In this document: positions 1 to 10,044 of the stretch, one piece after another
Numbering within the stretch: the first letter of the stretch is position 1
How the letters are laid out: each line of letters begins with the position of its first letter
NCBI GenBank assembly: GCA_045803545.1
Contig: JBJMOW010000004.1
Span: 1,024,001 to 1,088,000 of the forward strand
Length of the DNA stretch: 64,000 nt
From: Gemmatimonadaceae bacterium
Lineage (GTDB): Bacteria; Gemmatimonadota; Gemmatimonadetes; Gemmatimonadales; Gemmatimonadaceae
Reading direction: 5' to 3'
The notes under the pieces: generated by a model
Told to the model about the DNA's origin: nothing
Databases searched by the model: none
The model's input: the letters and a program-made list of their open reading frames with translations, nothing else
Position numbers and translations under genes: made by a program

Positions 1-1972
1 CGTCGCGAGCGCTCGGGTTGTTCGTGTAGAGATTCTTTCTCGCTCCCCAATCTCCGGCGCCTTCGATGGCAGAACGTACGAGCGCATAACAGGCCGCGTG
101 TACTTCGCCTTCGATCCCAACAATACCGAGAACAAAAAAATCGTCGACCTCGCCCTCGCTCCGCGTAACGCCACGGGCGAAGTCGAAGCCATCAGCGAGT
201 TCGTCATGCTGAAGCCAATCGGCTCCGCACAGTCGGCGAACGTCGCTGTGATCGACATCGTGAATCGCGGCGGCATCACTCATTTCATCTTCAATCTCGG
301 CCGCAAACCCCAGGCGGCGCCGGAATCGGGCGAGTTCTACGGCGATGCATTGCTGATGAAACGTGGTGTCACCATCGTCGCACTCGGCTGGCAATGGGAT
401 GTTCAACCAGGCGGATCGGCGCTTCACTTCCAGGCACCGCCCGTTGGTTCAGCAGCAAATCCGATAACGGGTCTCGTTCGCAGTGACATCACTGTCGATG
501 CGCCGACGAGCTCGATTCCACTCGGACACAGCCTCGCCACCGGAGCACTCGCGTATCCTGTCGCCGATCCTGACGATCCAGCCAATGCTCTCACGGTTCG
601 CGACTCGCCCACCGGCACTCGCTCCATTGTGCCACACAGCCGTTGGCGTTTCGGACGCGAAGCGAACGGCCAGGTCATTGATGATCCGCGCTCAGTGTAC
701 ATGGCGAGCGGCTTCCAGCCGGGAAAGATCTATGAAGTGGTTTATCGCGGCCGCGATCCGGTAGTCGTTGGCGCCGGCCTCGCCGCAGTGCGCGACATGA
801 TTTCCTATCTCAAGTACGACCCCAGCTCCATCGCGCCGGTCCAATACGGTATCGGCTACGGCGTCTCGCAGACGGGACGATTCATTCGCCACTTCCTCTA
901 TCAGGGATTCAACGCCGACGAAAACGGGCGAGCGGCGTTCGACGGATTTTTCGTGCACACCGCCGGCGCCGGTCGCGGCAGTTTCAATCATCGTTTCGCG
1001 CAGCCATCCCGTGACGCGCAGCCGTACTCGACGTTTTTCTATCCGACCGACGTTTTCCCTTTCACCACTCTGCCGACCCGCGACCCGGTAACCGGTCAGC
1101 GCGCCGGCCTCCGCGACAACCTTGCCGGGTCGGAGGAGACGAAAGTTTTTTACGTTGATGGCGGACATGAGTACTGGGGACGTGCCGCATCCCTGACGCA
1201 TACGACTCCCGACGGCACACGCGACGTCGGCTTTTTGCCGACGGAGCGGCGTTACGTTATTTCGTCGGCGCAGCACTCCAGCCCAGCCGGGTGGCCATTG
1301 CCTGATTCGGATCGCATCGCCGGCACCATTGCCTACCGAGGCGATCCACTCGATCAGCGTCTGGCGCTGCGCGCGCTGATGTCCGCTCTGATCGACTGGG
1401 TGACCATGGCGAAAGAGCCGCCCGCGTCGCGCTACCCAACGCTCGCCTCACACACCCTGGTCGCCCCACAGGCTCAGACATTTCCTCGCATACCTGATCT
1501 CTCCGTCGCCCGAATTCCTCATCAGGTCTACAGGATGGATTTCGGTCCGCGCTGGAATCAGGGAATAGTCGATCTGGAGCCGCCAAAGCTGGGCGCACAT
1601 TACCCGATTTTGGTGTCGCGTGTCGATTCGATTGGCAACGACGTCGGCGGAATTCGCAGCGTCGAGATCGCAGTACCCCTCGCTACTTACTACCCTTGGC
1701 TGCTGCGCACCGGGATGCCGGCAGGGACCGACCGCCTCGTCAGCTTCCGCGGGACCTTCGTACCACTGCAGAAAACTGAAGCTGTGCGACGGAAAAGCGG
1801 CGACTCTCGCCCAAGCATCGAGACGTTGTACGGTGACAAGACTCGATTCATGGGCAGGGTCAATGCAGCGATCTCTTCGTTGATCGCGCAGCGCTTCATG
1901 CTGCCAGAGGATGCTGTCGTCGCCCGAGCGCGAATGTCCGACGTCTGGGATCGCTTCGGACCCGCGAAGTAG
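1..1972 (+). CDS. Alpha/beta hydrolase domain protein (tannase-like fold), 5'-truncated by the window edge
   Basis: Frame is open from base 2 (VASARVVRVEILSR...YERITGRVYFAFDP). Nucleophile elbow GVSQTG and a late N/E-x-GGIR motif are present. Confidence 0.75.
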   Translation, partial: VASARVVRVEILSRSPISGAFDGRTYERITGRVYFAFDPNNTENKKIVDLALAPRNATGEVEAISEFVMLKPIGSAQSANVAVIDIVNRGGITHFIFNLGRKPQAAPESGEFYGDALLMKRGVTIVALGWQWDVQPGGSALHFQAPPVGSAANPITGLVRSDITVDAPTSSIPLGHSLATGALAYPVADPDDPANALTVRDSPTGTRSIVPHSRWRFGREANGQVIDDPRSVYMASGFQPGKIYEVVYRGRDPVVVGAGLAAVRDMISYLKYDPSSIAPVQYGIGYGVSQTGRFIRHFLYQGFNADENGRAAFDGFFVHTAGAGRGSFNHRFAQPSRDAQPYSTFFYPTDVFPFTTLPTRDPVTGQRAGLRDNLAGSEETKVFYVDGGHEYWGRAASLTHTTPDGTRDVGFLPTERRYVISSAQHSSPAGWPLPDSDRIAGTIAYRGDPLDQRLALRALMSALIDWVTMAKEPPASRYPTLASHTLVAPQAQTFPRIPDLSVARIPHQVYRMDFGPRWNQGIVDLEPPKLGAHYPILVSRVDSIGNDVGGIRSVEIAVPLATYYPWLLRTGMPAGTDRLVSFRGTFVPLQKTEAVRRKSGDSRPSIETLYGDKTRFMGRVNAAISSLIAQRFMLPEDAVVARARMSDVWDRFGPAK

Positions 1973-4243
1973 CTAGCTGACTCCCGGAAAATCAATGCGG
2001 GCGGCCTTCGCGATTGCGCGCACGCGATTCATGATCTTGTCGGCCATCTTCGTGTCCCCCTGATTGCGTACCGCTTCTGCCAGAATGGCGCCGGTAAACG
2101 CGTACGTATAGGGAATGCCGAATGAGGGGCGGTCGATCCAGTCGCCTTCCTTGATCAAAGCTTCCGGCGCTTTGTACACGGTGTCCCAGAGTTCCTTGGT
2201 GCGCTGCACATCGAGATTGAGCCCCGCCGCCACCAGGGGAACCTGCGGGCTGTTCACGACCGGATGATCGACGAGCTTTTGCACAAACCCCTGGGTGACC
2301 AGGTACGGCTGCAGGAGTGGGCCAAGCGTTGTCCCGCCACCACCTGTCGACACGTAGATCGGCCGCTCGGGGAACGCGTCCTTGATCAAACGCAAAAATA
2401 CCAGCTCATCTCGAACGAGATAGCCCTGCGGGATCTCCAGGCTGAGATTGCCCTGTCGGAAAATCTGCGGCTGGGTGATCTGAATGTACTCGGGAATCGC
2501 GTCCGCTTCGGCGAAAGACATCTTTAGCGGCGGCCCGGACGGCTTCTTCCACTGTTGTCCGCGGAAGATTGCCGGACCCTTGGCCGCATCGTACGTCTCG
2601 ACCGGTCGGCGAATCATCTGTCGCACGAACCAGTCGGTGTCGAGATAAGTCGTGACTGCCACAGTCACATCGCGACGGACTCCTTCAACTTCCTGAGCGT
2701 ACCACAAGGGGAAGGTGTCGTTGTCGCCATTGGTGATGACAATCGCGTATGGCTCGAGTGAGTTGAGATAGTCGGTCGCCCACTCGCGTGTGAACTGGTG
2801 GCCCGAACGCGACGCGTATTTCCAATTGGCGACAAACGGAATCAGCGCGATCAGCAGAATCGGAGCTGCAAGTTTGAACGCGCGCGGCGACGGCCACGCG
2901 AACGAGGCGACCTTGCCCTTACCGGTTTTCTCCTCTACCGCCGCCGGCTCGCGATCGAGAATCTGCGCCAGCTGCTCCCACAGGAAGCCCAATCCGACCG
3001 CCGCCCACACGCCCCACGCCGAGAAGCTCCAGATGTAGAAGTAGTCTCGGTCGCGAACCTCGCGTGCGACGCTATTTCCAAGCTCCGGCGCCTGCGACCA
3101 CCCGTACTTGAAGTTCAGATAGTAAACAAGCGCCAGCGTCATCGTGAACATCAGCGGACCGAAATACCAGAACGTTTTTCGATCTCGTTGCCAATGCACC
3201 CATCCACCGAGCAGTCCGAGCCCGAGGAAGACAAAGGCGAGAATGAACTGCAGACCCTGCATCACCTGGTGTGCGTCGCGCAGCCACTGCCACTTGAAGT
3301 ACAGCCACCACATTCCGACCTGACTGGTGTAGGGCGCACCTCGCTCGACCTTCTCACCGTACTGAACGCGGTTGATGTTGTCCATCAGTCGCTTCTCGGT
3401 GAGTTTGCTGAACGTGCAGCTCGCTGCGATCTTCGTCTCGCACGCCGTGGGCGCGCCTTCATTGATTGCAGGGAAGTACGCGGCGCGAATCGGCTCGAAC
3501 GCAAAAGTCGTCAGCCCGAGTAGAAGGGCACCGACCGAGGCGAGAATCAGTCTCCAGCGCATCAGCGTGCGCCACTTGGTGGCCAGCAACGCCACGCCGG
3601 CAGCCGGCAGCGGGAGGAATCCCGCCGGGTGGTTGGCGTACCCGAGTCCGAGCAGGAAGCAGACGAGAACGATGTAGCGATCGGCTTTGCGCGAGTTGGG
3701 CGCTTCGATCCACTCGATTACCAGCCACGACACAATCGTGAAGAACAGCAGCGAGATGGTGTACACCTTCTCGTTCACCACCGACTGATTCCAGACGGTG
3801 AATGCAGTCGCGCCAATCAACGTCGCCAGACTCGCGATCACCAGGCGCTCCCAGCGCTCGGGAACCCAACGCGCGACGATGCGCTCCGTAATCAGGAACC
3901 AGAGGCCCGCCGAGATTGCGCTCGCCAGCGCAGCCATGATGTTGATCTTCTCGGCGTACGAGACCGGAATCGGCAGCGAAGCAAATGCGTGACCGAGAAT
4001 GACGAAGAACGGATTTCCGGGCGGATGCGGAATGCCGAGGACTTTGACGGCAGCCATGTACTCGCCGGTGTCCCACATCGCCACCGACGGCGCCAACGTG
4101 ATCAGGTAAAGAACGAATACGAGACCTGCGGCGATTGCCGCGGGAACGTAAGACGGCCGATAGCCGCTCTCAGCTAGCAGTGTACGCTTCGGCGCAGGCG
4201 CGTAGGTCGCGTTGACCCGGTTCGATGAGACTTGTGTTGCCAT
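1973..4243 (-). CDS. DUF2723 / TMEM260-like multi-pass membrane glycosyltransferase (GT-C fold)
   Basis: N-terminal WDTGEY and GIPHPPGNPFF motifs, about 10 TM helices, RDRDYFY and TNGDNDTFPLWYAQEVEG motifs. Confidence 0.8.
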   Translation of the reverse strand: MATQVSSNRVNATYAPAPKRTLLAESGYRPSYVPAAIAAGLVFVLYLITLAPSVAMWDTGEYMAAVKVLGIPHPPGNPFFVILGHAFASLPIPVSYAEKINIMAALASAISAGLWFLITERIVARWVPERWERLVIASLATLIGATAFTVWNQSVVNEKVYTISLLFFTIVSWLVIEWIEAPNSRKADRYIVLVCFLLGLGYANHPAGFLPLPAAGVALLATKWRTLMRWRLILASVGALLLGLTTFAFEPIRAAYFPAINEGAPTACETKIAASCTFSKLTEKRLMDNINRVQYGEKVERGAPYTSQVGMWWLYFKWQWLRDAHQVMQGLQFILAFVFLGLGLLGGWVHWQRDRKTFWYFGPLMFTMTLALVYYLNFKYGWSQAPELGNSVAREVRDRDYFYIWSFSAWGVWAAVGLGFLWEQLAQILDREPAAVEEKTGKGKVASFAWPSPRAFKLAAPILLIALIPFVANWKYASRSGHQFTREWATDYLNSLEPYAIVITNGDNDTFPLWYAQEVEGVRRDVTVAVTTYLDTDWFVRQMIRRPVETYDAAKGPAIFRGQQWKKPSGPPLKMSFAEADAIPEYIQITQPQIFRQGNLSLEIPQGYLVRDELVFLRLIKDAFPERPIYVSTGGGGTTLGPLLQPYLVTQGFVQKLVDHPVVNSPQVPLVAAGLNLDVQRTKELWDTVYKAPEALIKEGDWIDRPSFGIPYTYAFTGAILAEAVRNQGDTKMADKIMNRVRAIAKAARIDFPGVS

Positions 4244-4247
4244 CTAG

Positions 4248-4304
4248 AGTAAGGATTTGCTGTGGAATTCTCGACAGTAAGGATTTGCTGGTGGAATTCT
4301 CGAC
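4248..4304. repeat. Tandem duplication, 28 and 29 bp
   Basis: agtaaggatttgctgtggaattctcgac (4248-4275) is followed directly by agtaaggatttgctggtggaattctcgac (4276-4304). Confidence 0.95.
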
Positions 4305-4336
4305 TGAATTTTAGTCACTAAACGTCGGGCGTGCGG

Positions 4337-4858
4337 TCATCGGCACGTAAGCTCGCGACGAGAAATGATCACCCGGGTTACCTGGGATGAATTGTGTACG
4401 AAACACGCCCGTCCTTTTCTGAAAGTCAGCCCGCGAGCCGGCGTTCCGACACCAATTCCGTTCGACGTACGAAATGCAGGACTCGAGCTGCCAACGGTCT
4501 CGATCAGACTGTCCTTTCCTGCGACGGTGAAGACGATCAATCCGCCGGTTACTGATACTCCGAATACCGGTCCCTGGATCGCTACCGATCCAGGGACCTT
4601 GATGACTGCCACTCGGCAACGCTGCCGAAGTCGCCTCAGTGGCGTACTCACAGTGACCGGCCCGATGCTGGCCGCAGTGATGAGCACCCCTGTGGGCTCG
4701 AGGCAGGCCTGGTCGCTGATCGCAACCGGATCGCCGTGTGAGAAGACGTCCGGCGAGAGCTTGGCCACGTCGTTTGCCTTCGCCGCCTCCCCGTCCGTAC
4801 AGCCCCCAACCGTCGACAGGCCCATAATTACCGTAAGGACTTTCCTATAGCTCGGCAT
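4337..4858 (-). CDS. Hypothetical lipoprotein
   Basis: Basic N-terminus, hydrophobic stretch and lipobox-like TVGG-C. G-rich RBS upstream. Confidence 0.5.
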   Translation of the reverse strand: MPSYRKVLTVIMGLSTVGGCTDGEAAKANDVAKLSPDVFSHGDPVAISDQACLEPTGVLITAASIGPVTVSTPLRRLRQRCRVAVIKVPGSVAIQGPVFGVSVTGGLIVFTVAGKDSLIETVGSSSPAFRTSNGIGVGTPARGLTFRKGRACFVHNSSQVTRVIISRRELTCR

Positions 4859-4952
4859 CGCCCCCCAACTCGCAGACCCCGCGCCGAGAACCGCGCCGCT
4901 GGCCCCGGACCGGCGGGCACTAGTCGCTGCAAGTCGTTTTCAGTTGACGGTT

Positions 4953-4968
4953 TTCGGTATATATTCGG
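4953..4968 (+). promoter_or_regulatory. -10 box TATATT flanked by a TTCGG-N6-TTCGG direct repeat, just upstream of dnaE2
   Basis: Sequence ttcggtatatattcgggtATG. Confidence 0.45.
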
Positions 4969-4970
4969 GT

Positions 4971-7900
4971 ATGGGATTTGTTGAGCTTCGTGCCCATACC
5001 GCCTTTTCGTTCGGCGACGGCGGCACCTCACCCGAGGCGCTTGCTGCCCGTGCTGCATCACTCGGCTACCGTGCGCTGGGCATAACCGATACGGCCGATC
5101 TGGGCGGCATCGTTCGATTTTGTCTGGAAGCGAGACGAGTCGGGCTGAAAGCGATTGTTGGCGCCGAGCTCAATATCGATGGCTGTCCCGTCGCCTTTCT
5201 GGCGCAGAACAAAACCGGGTTCAACAACATCGCCTCGCTTGTAACGAGGTCGCGAGTTGGCGAGCTATCGACGTGGCAGAAAGGAGACGGCAAGAAAACG
5301 CGGGGTCGGCCGCGACTATCGTGGCAACAGGTAGCTGAGCGGAGCGAAGGAGTGCAGGTGCTGACCGGCCCGCTCACGGGTCCGGTCGCATCTCACCTCC
5401 GCAACGGCGAGTATCGTGAAGCGGAACACACGCTGTGCCGGTGGCGATCCGTTTTTGGTGAGCGACTCGCCGTCGAAGTGCAGCTGCATCACGCCAGCGG
5501 TACCGAAGCCGCGCTCGGTGCTGCCTTGATCGAGCTGGCCGAGCGACACAACGTGCCGTGGGTCATCTGCCACGAGCCGCGCTACATCGACAACGGCACG
5601 CGACTCGTCCACGATGTTCTGACATCGCTGCGCTACGATGCGACCATCGACGACGCTGTCGCGCGCGGACTACTACATCCAAATGGTGAGTGGCGTCTCG
5701 TCTCGGCCGAGGAGATGGGTCAGCGATGGAAAGGTCGCGAGCAAGGACTCGAGGAGAGTGAGCGCATCGCCGACGAGTGCGATTTCAATCTCTCATGGGT
5801 TCGTCCGCCTCTGCCAAAGTTTCCTGTTCCGCCCGGTTACGACGACGACACCTTCCTGCACGAGAAAGCTTTCGAGGGTGCGCGTGAGCGTTGGGGCGAA
5901 CTCGACCAAAAGCAAATCGATCAGCTGAACCACGAGCTGCGGGTGATCGGTAATCTCGGCTTCGCGGGATTTTTCCTCGTGATGTGGGACGCGGTGCATT
6001 TCGCCAAGTCGAAAGGGATTCTCTGCCAGGGTCGCGGCAGCGCCGCCAACTCGGCGGTGGCTTATTGTCTCGCGATCACGGCGGTAGATCCGGTTCGGCA
6101 TGGTCTGCTGTTCGAGCGATTTCTCTCGGAGATCCGCGTCGATGGGCAGACTGAAGCGCCGGACATCGATGTCGACATCGAGCACGATCGCCGAGAGGAA
6201 GTGCTCGACTATGTCTATGGGAAGTACAATCGCGCGCAGGCGGCGATCACCTGCGTCGTGCAGATGTACCGCGGGCCGAATGCAATTCGCGATTCAATGC
6301 GCGCCTTCGGTTATCCGGTGGAGATGGCGAACAACATCTCCAAGCGCATCCATTGGAGCGATCCTGCCGAAGGGGCGAAGTACGTGGAGCAGGAGCTCGC
6401 GCCAAAGCTCGGCATCGATTTCGACAATCCGCGTGGACGTGCGACGCTGGCAGCGATGGCAGCGTTCGAAGGAGTGCCGCGTCTGCGCTCGACGCACGTC
6501 GGTGGCTTCGTACTCTCGTCTGCTCTGCTCGGCGATTACATGCCCGTCGAGCACACGACGATGGGTCGCACAATCATCCAGTTCGACAAAGATGATCTCG
6601 ATGCGGTCGGAGTTCCCAAGTTCGATTTTCTGGGACTCGGTGCGCTGTCGCTGGTGAGACGCGCGTTCGACATGATCGAGGTACGCACGGGAACGCGGCC
6701 GGAGATGTACAGGCTGCCGCCCGACGATGAGAAAACCTACGAGCTGATCGCGAGCGGTGAGACGATTGGCACCTTCCAGATCGAGAGTCGAGCGCAGATC
6801 GCTTCAGTGTTGCACACGAAGCCCGATCGGTTATACGACATCGTCGTGCAGGTGGCGCTGATTCGTCCCGGTCCGATCCAGGCAAACTTCGTCCATCCAT
6901 ATACTGCGCGCCGTCGCGGACTCGAGCCGGTGACGTATCAGCATCCCGATCTGGAGCCGATTCTCAAGAGGACGCAGGGCATTCCGATTTTCCAGGAGCA
7001 GGCGATGGCGATCGCGATGAAGCTCGGTGGTTACTCGGCGGCTCAGGCCGACGAGCTGCGCCGCACCATGGGACACATCAGAAAAGTCGAGAAACTGCAC
7101 CGCGTGCTCGAACAGCTCCGACAGCGCATGGTTGAGCGCGGAGTCACTGAAGATGTCGCGACCAGGATCGCCGAGGATCTAAAGAGCTTCGCGAATTATG
7201 GATTCCCGGAGTCGCACGCCTGGAGCTTCGCACTGATCGCTTACGCGACGGGTTATCTCAAGGCTCACTATACGGCGGAGTTCTACGCCGGATTGCTGAA
7301 TTCTTATCCGATGGGATTCTATCCGCCGTCGACATTGATACATGATGCTCGCCGCCACGGTTTACAAGTCTTGCCGCCTTGCATGCGCGATGGCGACTGG
7401 GAATGCACCACCGAGCCGACTGACAATCCTGACCGCCCCGCGCTCAGAATCGGCTGGCGCCACATCCGCGGACTCGGCGAGAAATCACTCGACGCGCTCA
7501 AGGCAGCGAGAGGGTGGGATCGATTCTCTTCGATCGACGATGTCATCGACAGAGCAAAGCTCCAGCGCACTGATGCACTGCAGCTGGCGCGCGCCGGCGC
7601 TTTCGCGTGCTGGGAGCCTGATCGACGTCGCGCGGCATGGGTGGCAATGCGGGCGGTGGGAGATTGTCTACCGCTGGCGCCGGCGCGTCATGTACCGTAC
7701 GAGCCGCGTCCGCTGACGCGAGACGAGCTGATCTTCCTCGACTATTTCTCGGTCGGCATCAGCGTCAGCGGGCATCCCATGGAGCATCTGCGCGACGAGC
7801 TGCGCGGCAAGGGCGTACTCGATTCCAAACAGCTACTGAAGCTGAAGGGCGGGGAATGGATCAAGACTGCCGGCCTCGTCACCATCCGCCAGCAGCCGCA

Positions 7901-8129
7901 GAGCGCAAAAGGAACTGTATTTCTGCTGATGGAGGATGAGTTCGGCTTCATCAACGTCATCGTCTCGAAGAAGATGGTCGAGGAGTACGCGGAGGTAGTG
8001 AGGTTCTCGACCTTCGTGCTGGTAGAAGGGAAGTTCGAGCGCGACGACGGCGTGCGGAACGTCATCGGCAGGAAATTCAGTGAGCTCGAGGTGAAGGAGC
8101 TGGTTCATGCCTCCAGGGACTTTCATTAG
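4971..8129 (+). CDS. dnaE2: Error-prone DNA polymerase III alpha subunit DnaE2 (ImuC)
   Basis: PHP-like N-terminus, GRGSAANS, catalytic PDIDVD, FANYGFPESHA, OB domain and C-terminal SRDFH motif typical of DnaE2. ATG at 4971 is preferred over TTG at 4944. Confidence 0.92.
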   Translation: MGFVELRAHTAFSFGDGGTSPEALAARAASLGYRALGITDTADLGGIVRFCLEARRVGLKAIVGAELNIDGCPVAFLAQNKTGFNNIASLVTRSRVGELSTWQKGDGKKTRGRPRLSWQQVAERSEGVQVLTGPLTGPVASHLRNGEYREAEHTLCRWRSVFGERLAVEVQLHHASGTEAALGAALIELAERHNVPWVICHEPRYIDNGTRLVHDVLTSLRYDATIDDAVARGLLHPNGEWRLVSAEEMGQRWKGREQGLEESERIADECDFNLSWVRPPLPKFPVPPGYDDDTFLHEKAFEGARERWGELDQKQIDQLNHELRVIGNLGFAGFFLVMWDAVHFAKSKGILCQGRGSAANSAVAYCLAITAVDPVRHGLLFERFLSEIRVDGQTEAPDIDVDIEHDRREEVLDYVYGKYNRAQAAITCVVQMYRGPNAIRDSMRAFGYPVEMANNISKRIHWSDPAEGAKYVEQELAPKLGIDFDNPRGRATLAAMAAFEGVPRLRSTHVGGFVLSSALLGDYMPVEHTTMGRTIIQFDKDDLDAVGVPKFDFLGLGALSLVRRAFDMIEVRTGTRPEMYRLPPDDEKTYELIASGETIGTFQIESRAQIASVLHTKPDRLYDIVVQVALIRPGPIQANFVHPYTARRRGLEPVTYQHPDLEPILKRTQGIPIFQEQAMAIAMKLGGYSAAQADELRRTMGHIRKVEKLHRVLEQLRQRMVERGVTEDVATRIAEDLKSFANYGFPESHAWSFALIAYATGYLKAHYTAEFYAGLLNSYPMGFYPPSTLIHDARRHGLQVLPPCMRDGDWECTTEPTDNPDRPALRIGWRHIRGLGEKSLDALKAARGWDRFSSIDDVIDRAKLQRTDALQLARAGAFACWEPDRRRAAWVAMRAVGDCLPLAPARHVPYEPRPLTRDELIFLDYFSVGISVSGHPMEHLRDELRGKGVLDSKQLLKLKGGEWIKTAGLVTIRQQPQSAKGTVFLLMEDEFGFINVIVSKKMVEEYAEVVRFSTFVLVEGKFERDDGVRNVIGRKFSELEVKELVHASRDFH

Positions 8130-8173
8130 CCCTCCGCCTTCCCGCCTCCCGCGTCCCTCCTTATCCTTGGCTG

Positions 8174-9238
8174 ATGCGGCAAGAGAAACAACCTGGACGC
8201 GCGTTCGCGAGTGACAATTGGGCCGGAGTTCACCCGGAAGTGCTGGCGGCGCTGGCCGCGGCGAACGTCGGCCACGTTCCCTCATACGGCGACGACTCCT
8301 ATACCCACGAAGCCGTAAGCAGAATCCGACGCGAGCTGGGTGAAGACGCTGAGGTCTTTCTCGTCTTCAGCGGCACTGCTGCCAACGTCCTCTGTCTGCA
8401 AAGCATGGTGCAGTCTCACCAGGCGGTGATCTGCGCCGAGACGGCTCACGTGCACGTGCACGAGTGTGGCGCGGCGGAGAAGCACATCGGCTGCAAGCTG
8501 CTGCCGGTGCCGGCGCCCAATGGCAAGATCACCGTCGCCGGCATTCGCGAGCATCTGCACGACATCGGTAATGAGCATCACGTCCAACCGCGTGCGATCA
8601 CCATCACGCAGGCGACTGAGTACGGGACCGTCTACACGCCGCAAGAGATCAGAGCGATCGCGGACTTTGCCCACACCCACTCACTGCTGCTCCACATGGA
8701 CGGCGCGCGGATCTTCAACGCTGCTGTCCATCTCGATGTGCCCCTGAGAGCCATCACCAGCGGAGCCGGGATCGATGCACTCTCCTTTGGCGGTACCAAG
8801 AATGGACTAATGGCGGCGGAAGCCGCTGTGTTCTTCAAGCCCGTCCTGGCCGATGACTTCGAGTTCAAGCGCATGCAGAACATGCAGCTCTCATCGAAGA
8901 TGAGATTCATCGCCGCGCAGTTCAACGCGCTTCTCAGCAACGATCTGTGGAAACGCAGTGCCTCGCACGCCAACCGGATGGCACAGGTTCTTGCACGAGG
9001 TCTGTCCGAGATCGAGGGAATTACTCTGACTCAGGAAGTGCAGGCCAATGAAGTGTTCGCGACTATTCCGGAGAAAGTGATCCCGAAGCTGCAGGAGAGC
9101 TGGCCATTTCATGTCTGGAACGAGAAGACTTTCGAGGCGCGATTGATCACCTCATTCGACACGACCGAGGACGACATCTCCGATTTTCTCGACCTGCTGC
9201 GGGAGAAGGTGGGATCACGGGAGAAGCAATGGACCTGA
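8174..9238 (+). CDS. ltaE: Low-specificity L-threonine aldolase (PLP-dependent)
   Basis: FASDN, YGDD, HMDGAR and SFGGTKNG (PLP lysine) motifs. Confidence 0.88.
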   Translation: MRQEKQPGRAFASDNWAGVHPEVLAALAAANVGHVPSYGDDSYTHEAVSRIRRELGEDAEVFLVFSGTAANVLCLQSMVQSHQAVICAETAHVHVHECGAAEKHIGCKLLPVPAPNGKITVAGIREHLHDIGNEHHVQPRAITITQATEYGTVYTPQEIRAIADFAHTHSLLLHMDGARIFNAAVHLDVPLRAITSGAGIDALSFGGTKNGLMAAEAAVFFKPVLADDFEFKRMQNMQLSSKMRFIAAQFNALLSNDLWKRSASHANRMAQVLARGLSEIEGITLTQEVQANEVFATIPEKVIPKLQESWPFHVWNEKTFEARLITSFDTTEDDISDFLDLLREKVGSREKQWT

Positions 9239-9933
9239 AGAACGCCGCGGTGCTCGTAACTGGCGCCAGCTGTGGCATCGGCTTCGAGACAGCGCGTCTG
9301 TTGCGTGAGCGCGGGGCGCGGGTTGCCGTGTGCGCGCGTCACAAAAGCGAGCTGGAGGCATCCGCAAGCCAGATCGACGCGCTGCCGATCGTCGCCGATG
9401 TGAGCAAGGAAGATGACGTGCTGCGCATGATCGACGTGGTGGTCAAGGAGTTCGACGACTATAACGTGCTGATCAACAACGCCGGATTCGGCTCGTTTGG
9501 TCCACTGATCGAGCTTACGAGCGATGACTTCTTCAGCGTTTGGCGCACCAATGTGCTGGGCGCGATGATGGTCGCGCGGGAGTCAGCCAGACATTTCGTC
9601 GGCCGCAATTACGGCAACATCGTCAACATATCCTCGACGGCGGGACAGCGCGGATTCGCCAATGGCACCGCCTACTGTGCGAGCAAATTCGCGCTGCACG
9701 GAATGACCGAGTGCTGGAGGGCGGAGTTGCGGCAGCACAACATCCGCGTGATGCAAGTTAACCCGAGCGAAGTGTTGACAGGCTTCGGTGCCGAGTCGCG
9801 TAGTGAGGAGCGACCCGACAATCCCTCGAAGCTCCATGCGCCTGATGTCGCGCAGACAATCGTCAGCATGCTGGAGACCGCGGATCGCGGCTTCATCACC
9901 GAATCCACGCTCTGGGCGACGAATCCGCAGTAA
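9229..9933 (+). CDS. Short-chain dehydrogenase/reductase
   Basis: TGASCGIG, NNAG and YCASK motifs. Confidence 0.9.
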   Translation: MDLKNAAVLVTGASCGIGFETARLLRERGARVAVCARHKSELEASASQIDALPIVADVSKEDDVLRMIDVVVKEFDDYNVLINNAGFGSFGPLIELTSDDFFSVWRTNVLGAMMVARESARHFVGRNYGNIVNISSTAGQRGFANGTAYCASKFALHGMTECWRAELRQHNIRVMQVNPSEVLTGFGAESRSEERPDNPSKLHAPDVAQTIVSMLETADRGFITESTLWATNPQ

Positions 9934-10044
9934 AGGACTTCTACGTCCACGCCGGGCTCATACTACGTAAGACGGCGTAACGCGTAATCGCGGGGTTGCG
10001 GGTAGTGTGGGGCAGCTTGACTGCCAACCCAAACCCGGCCCCCA

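Noticed and set aside
4248..4304. 28-bp repeat pair as a mini-CRISPR or att site
   Set aside because: There is no spacer between the copies and no integrase nearby.
9990..10043. GC-rich imperfect hairpin as an ncRNA
   Set aside because: Pairing is irregular and no family features were recognised.
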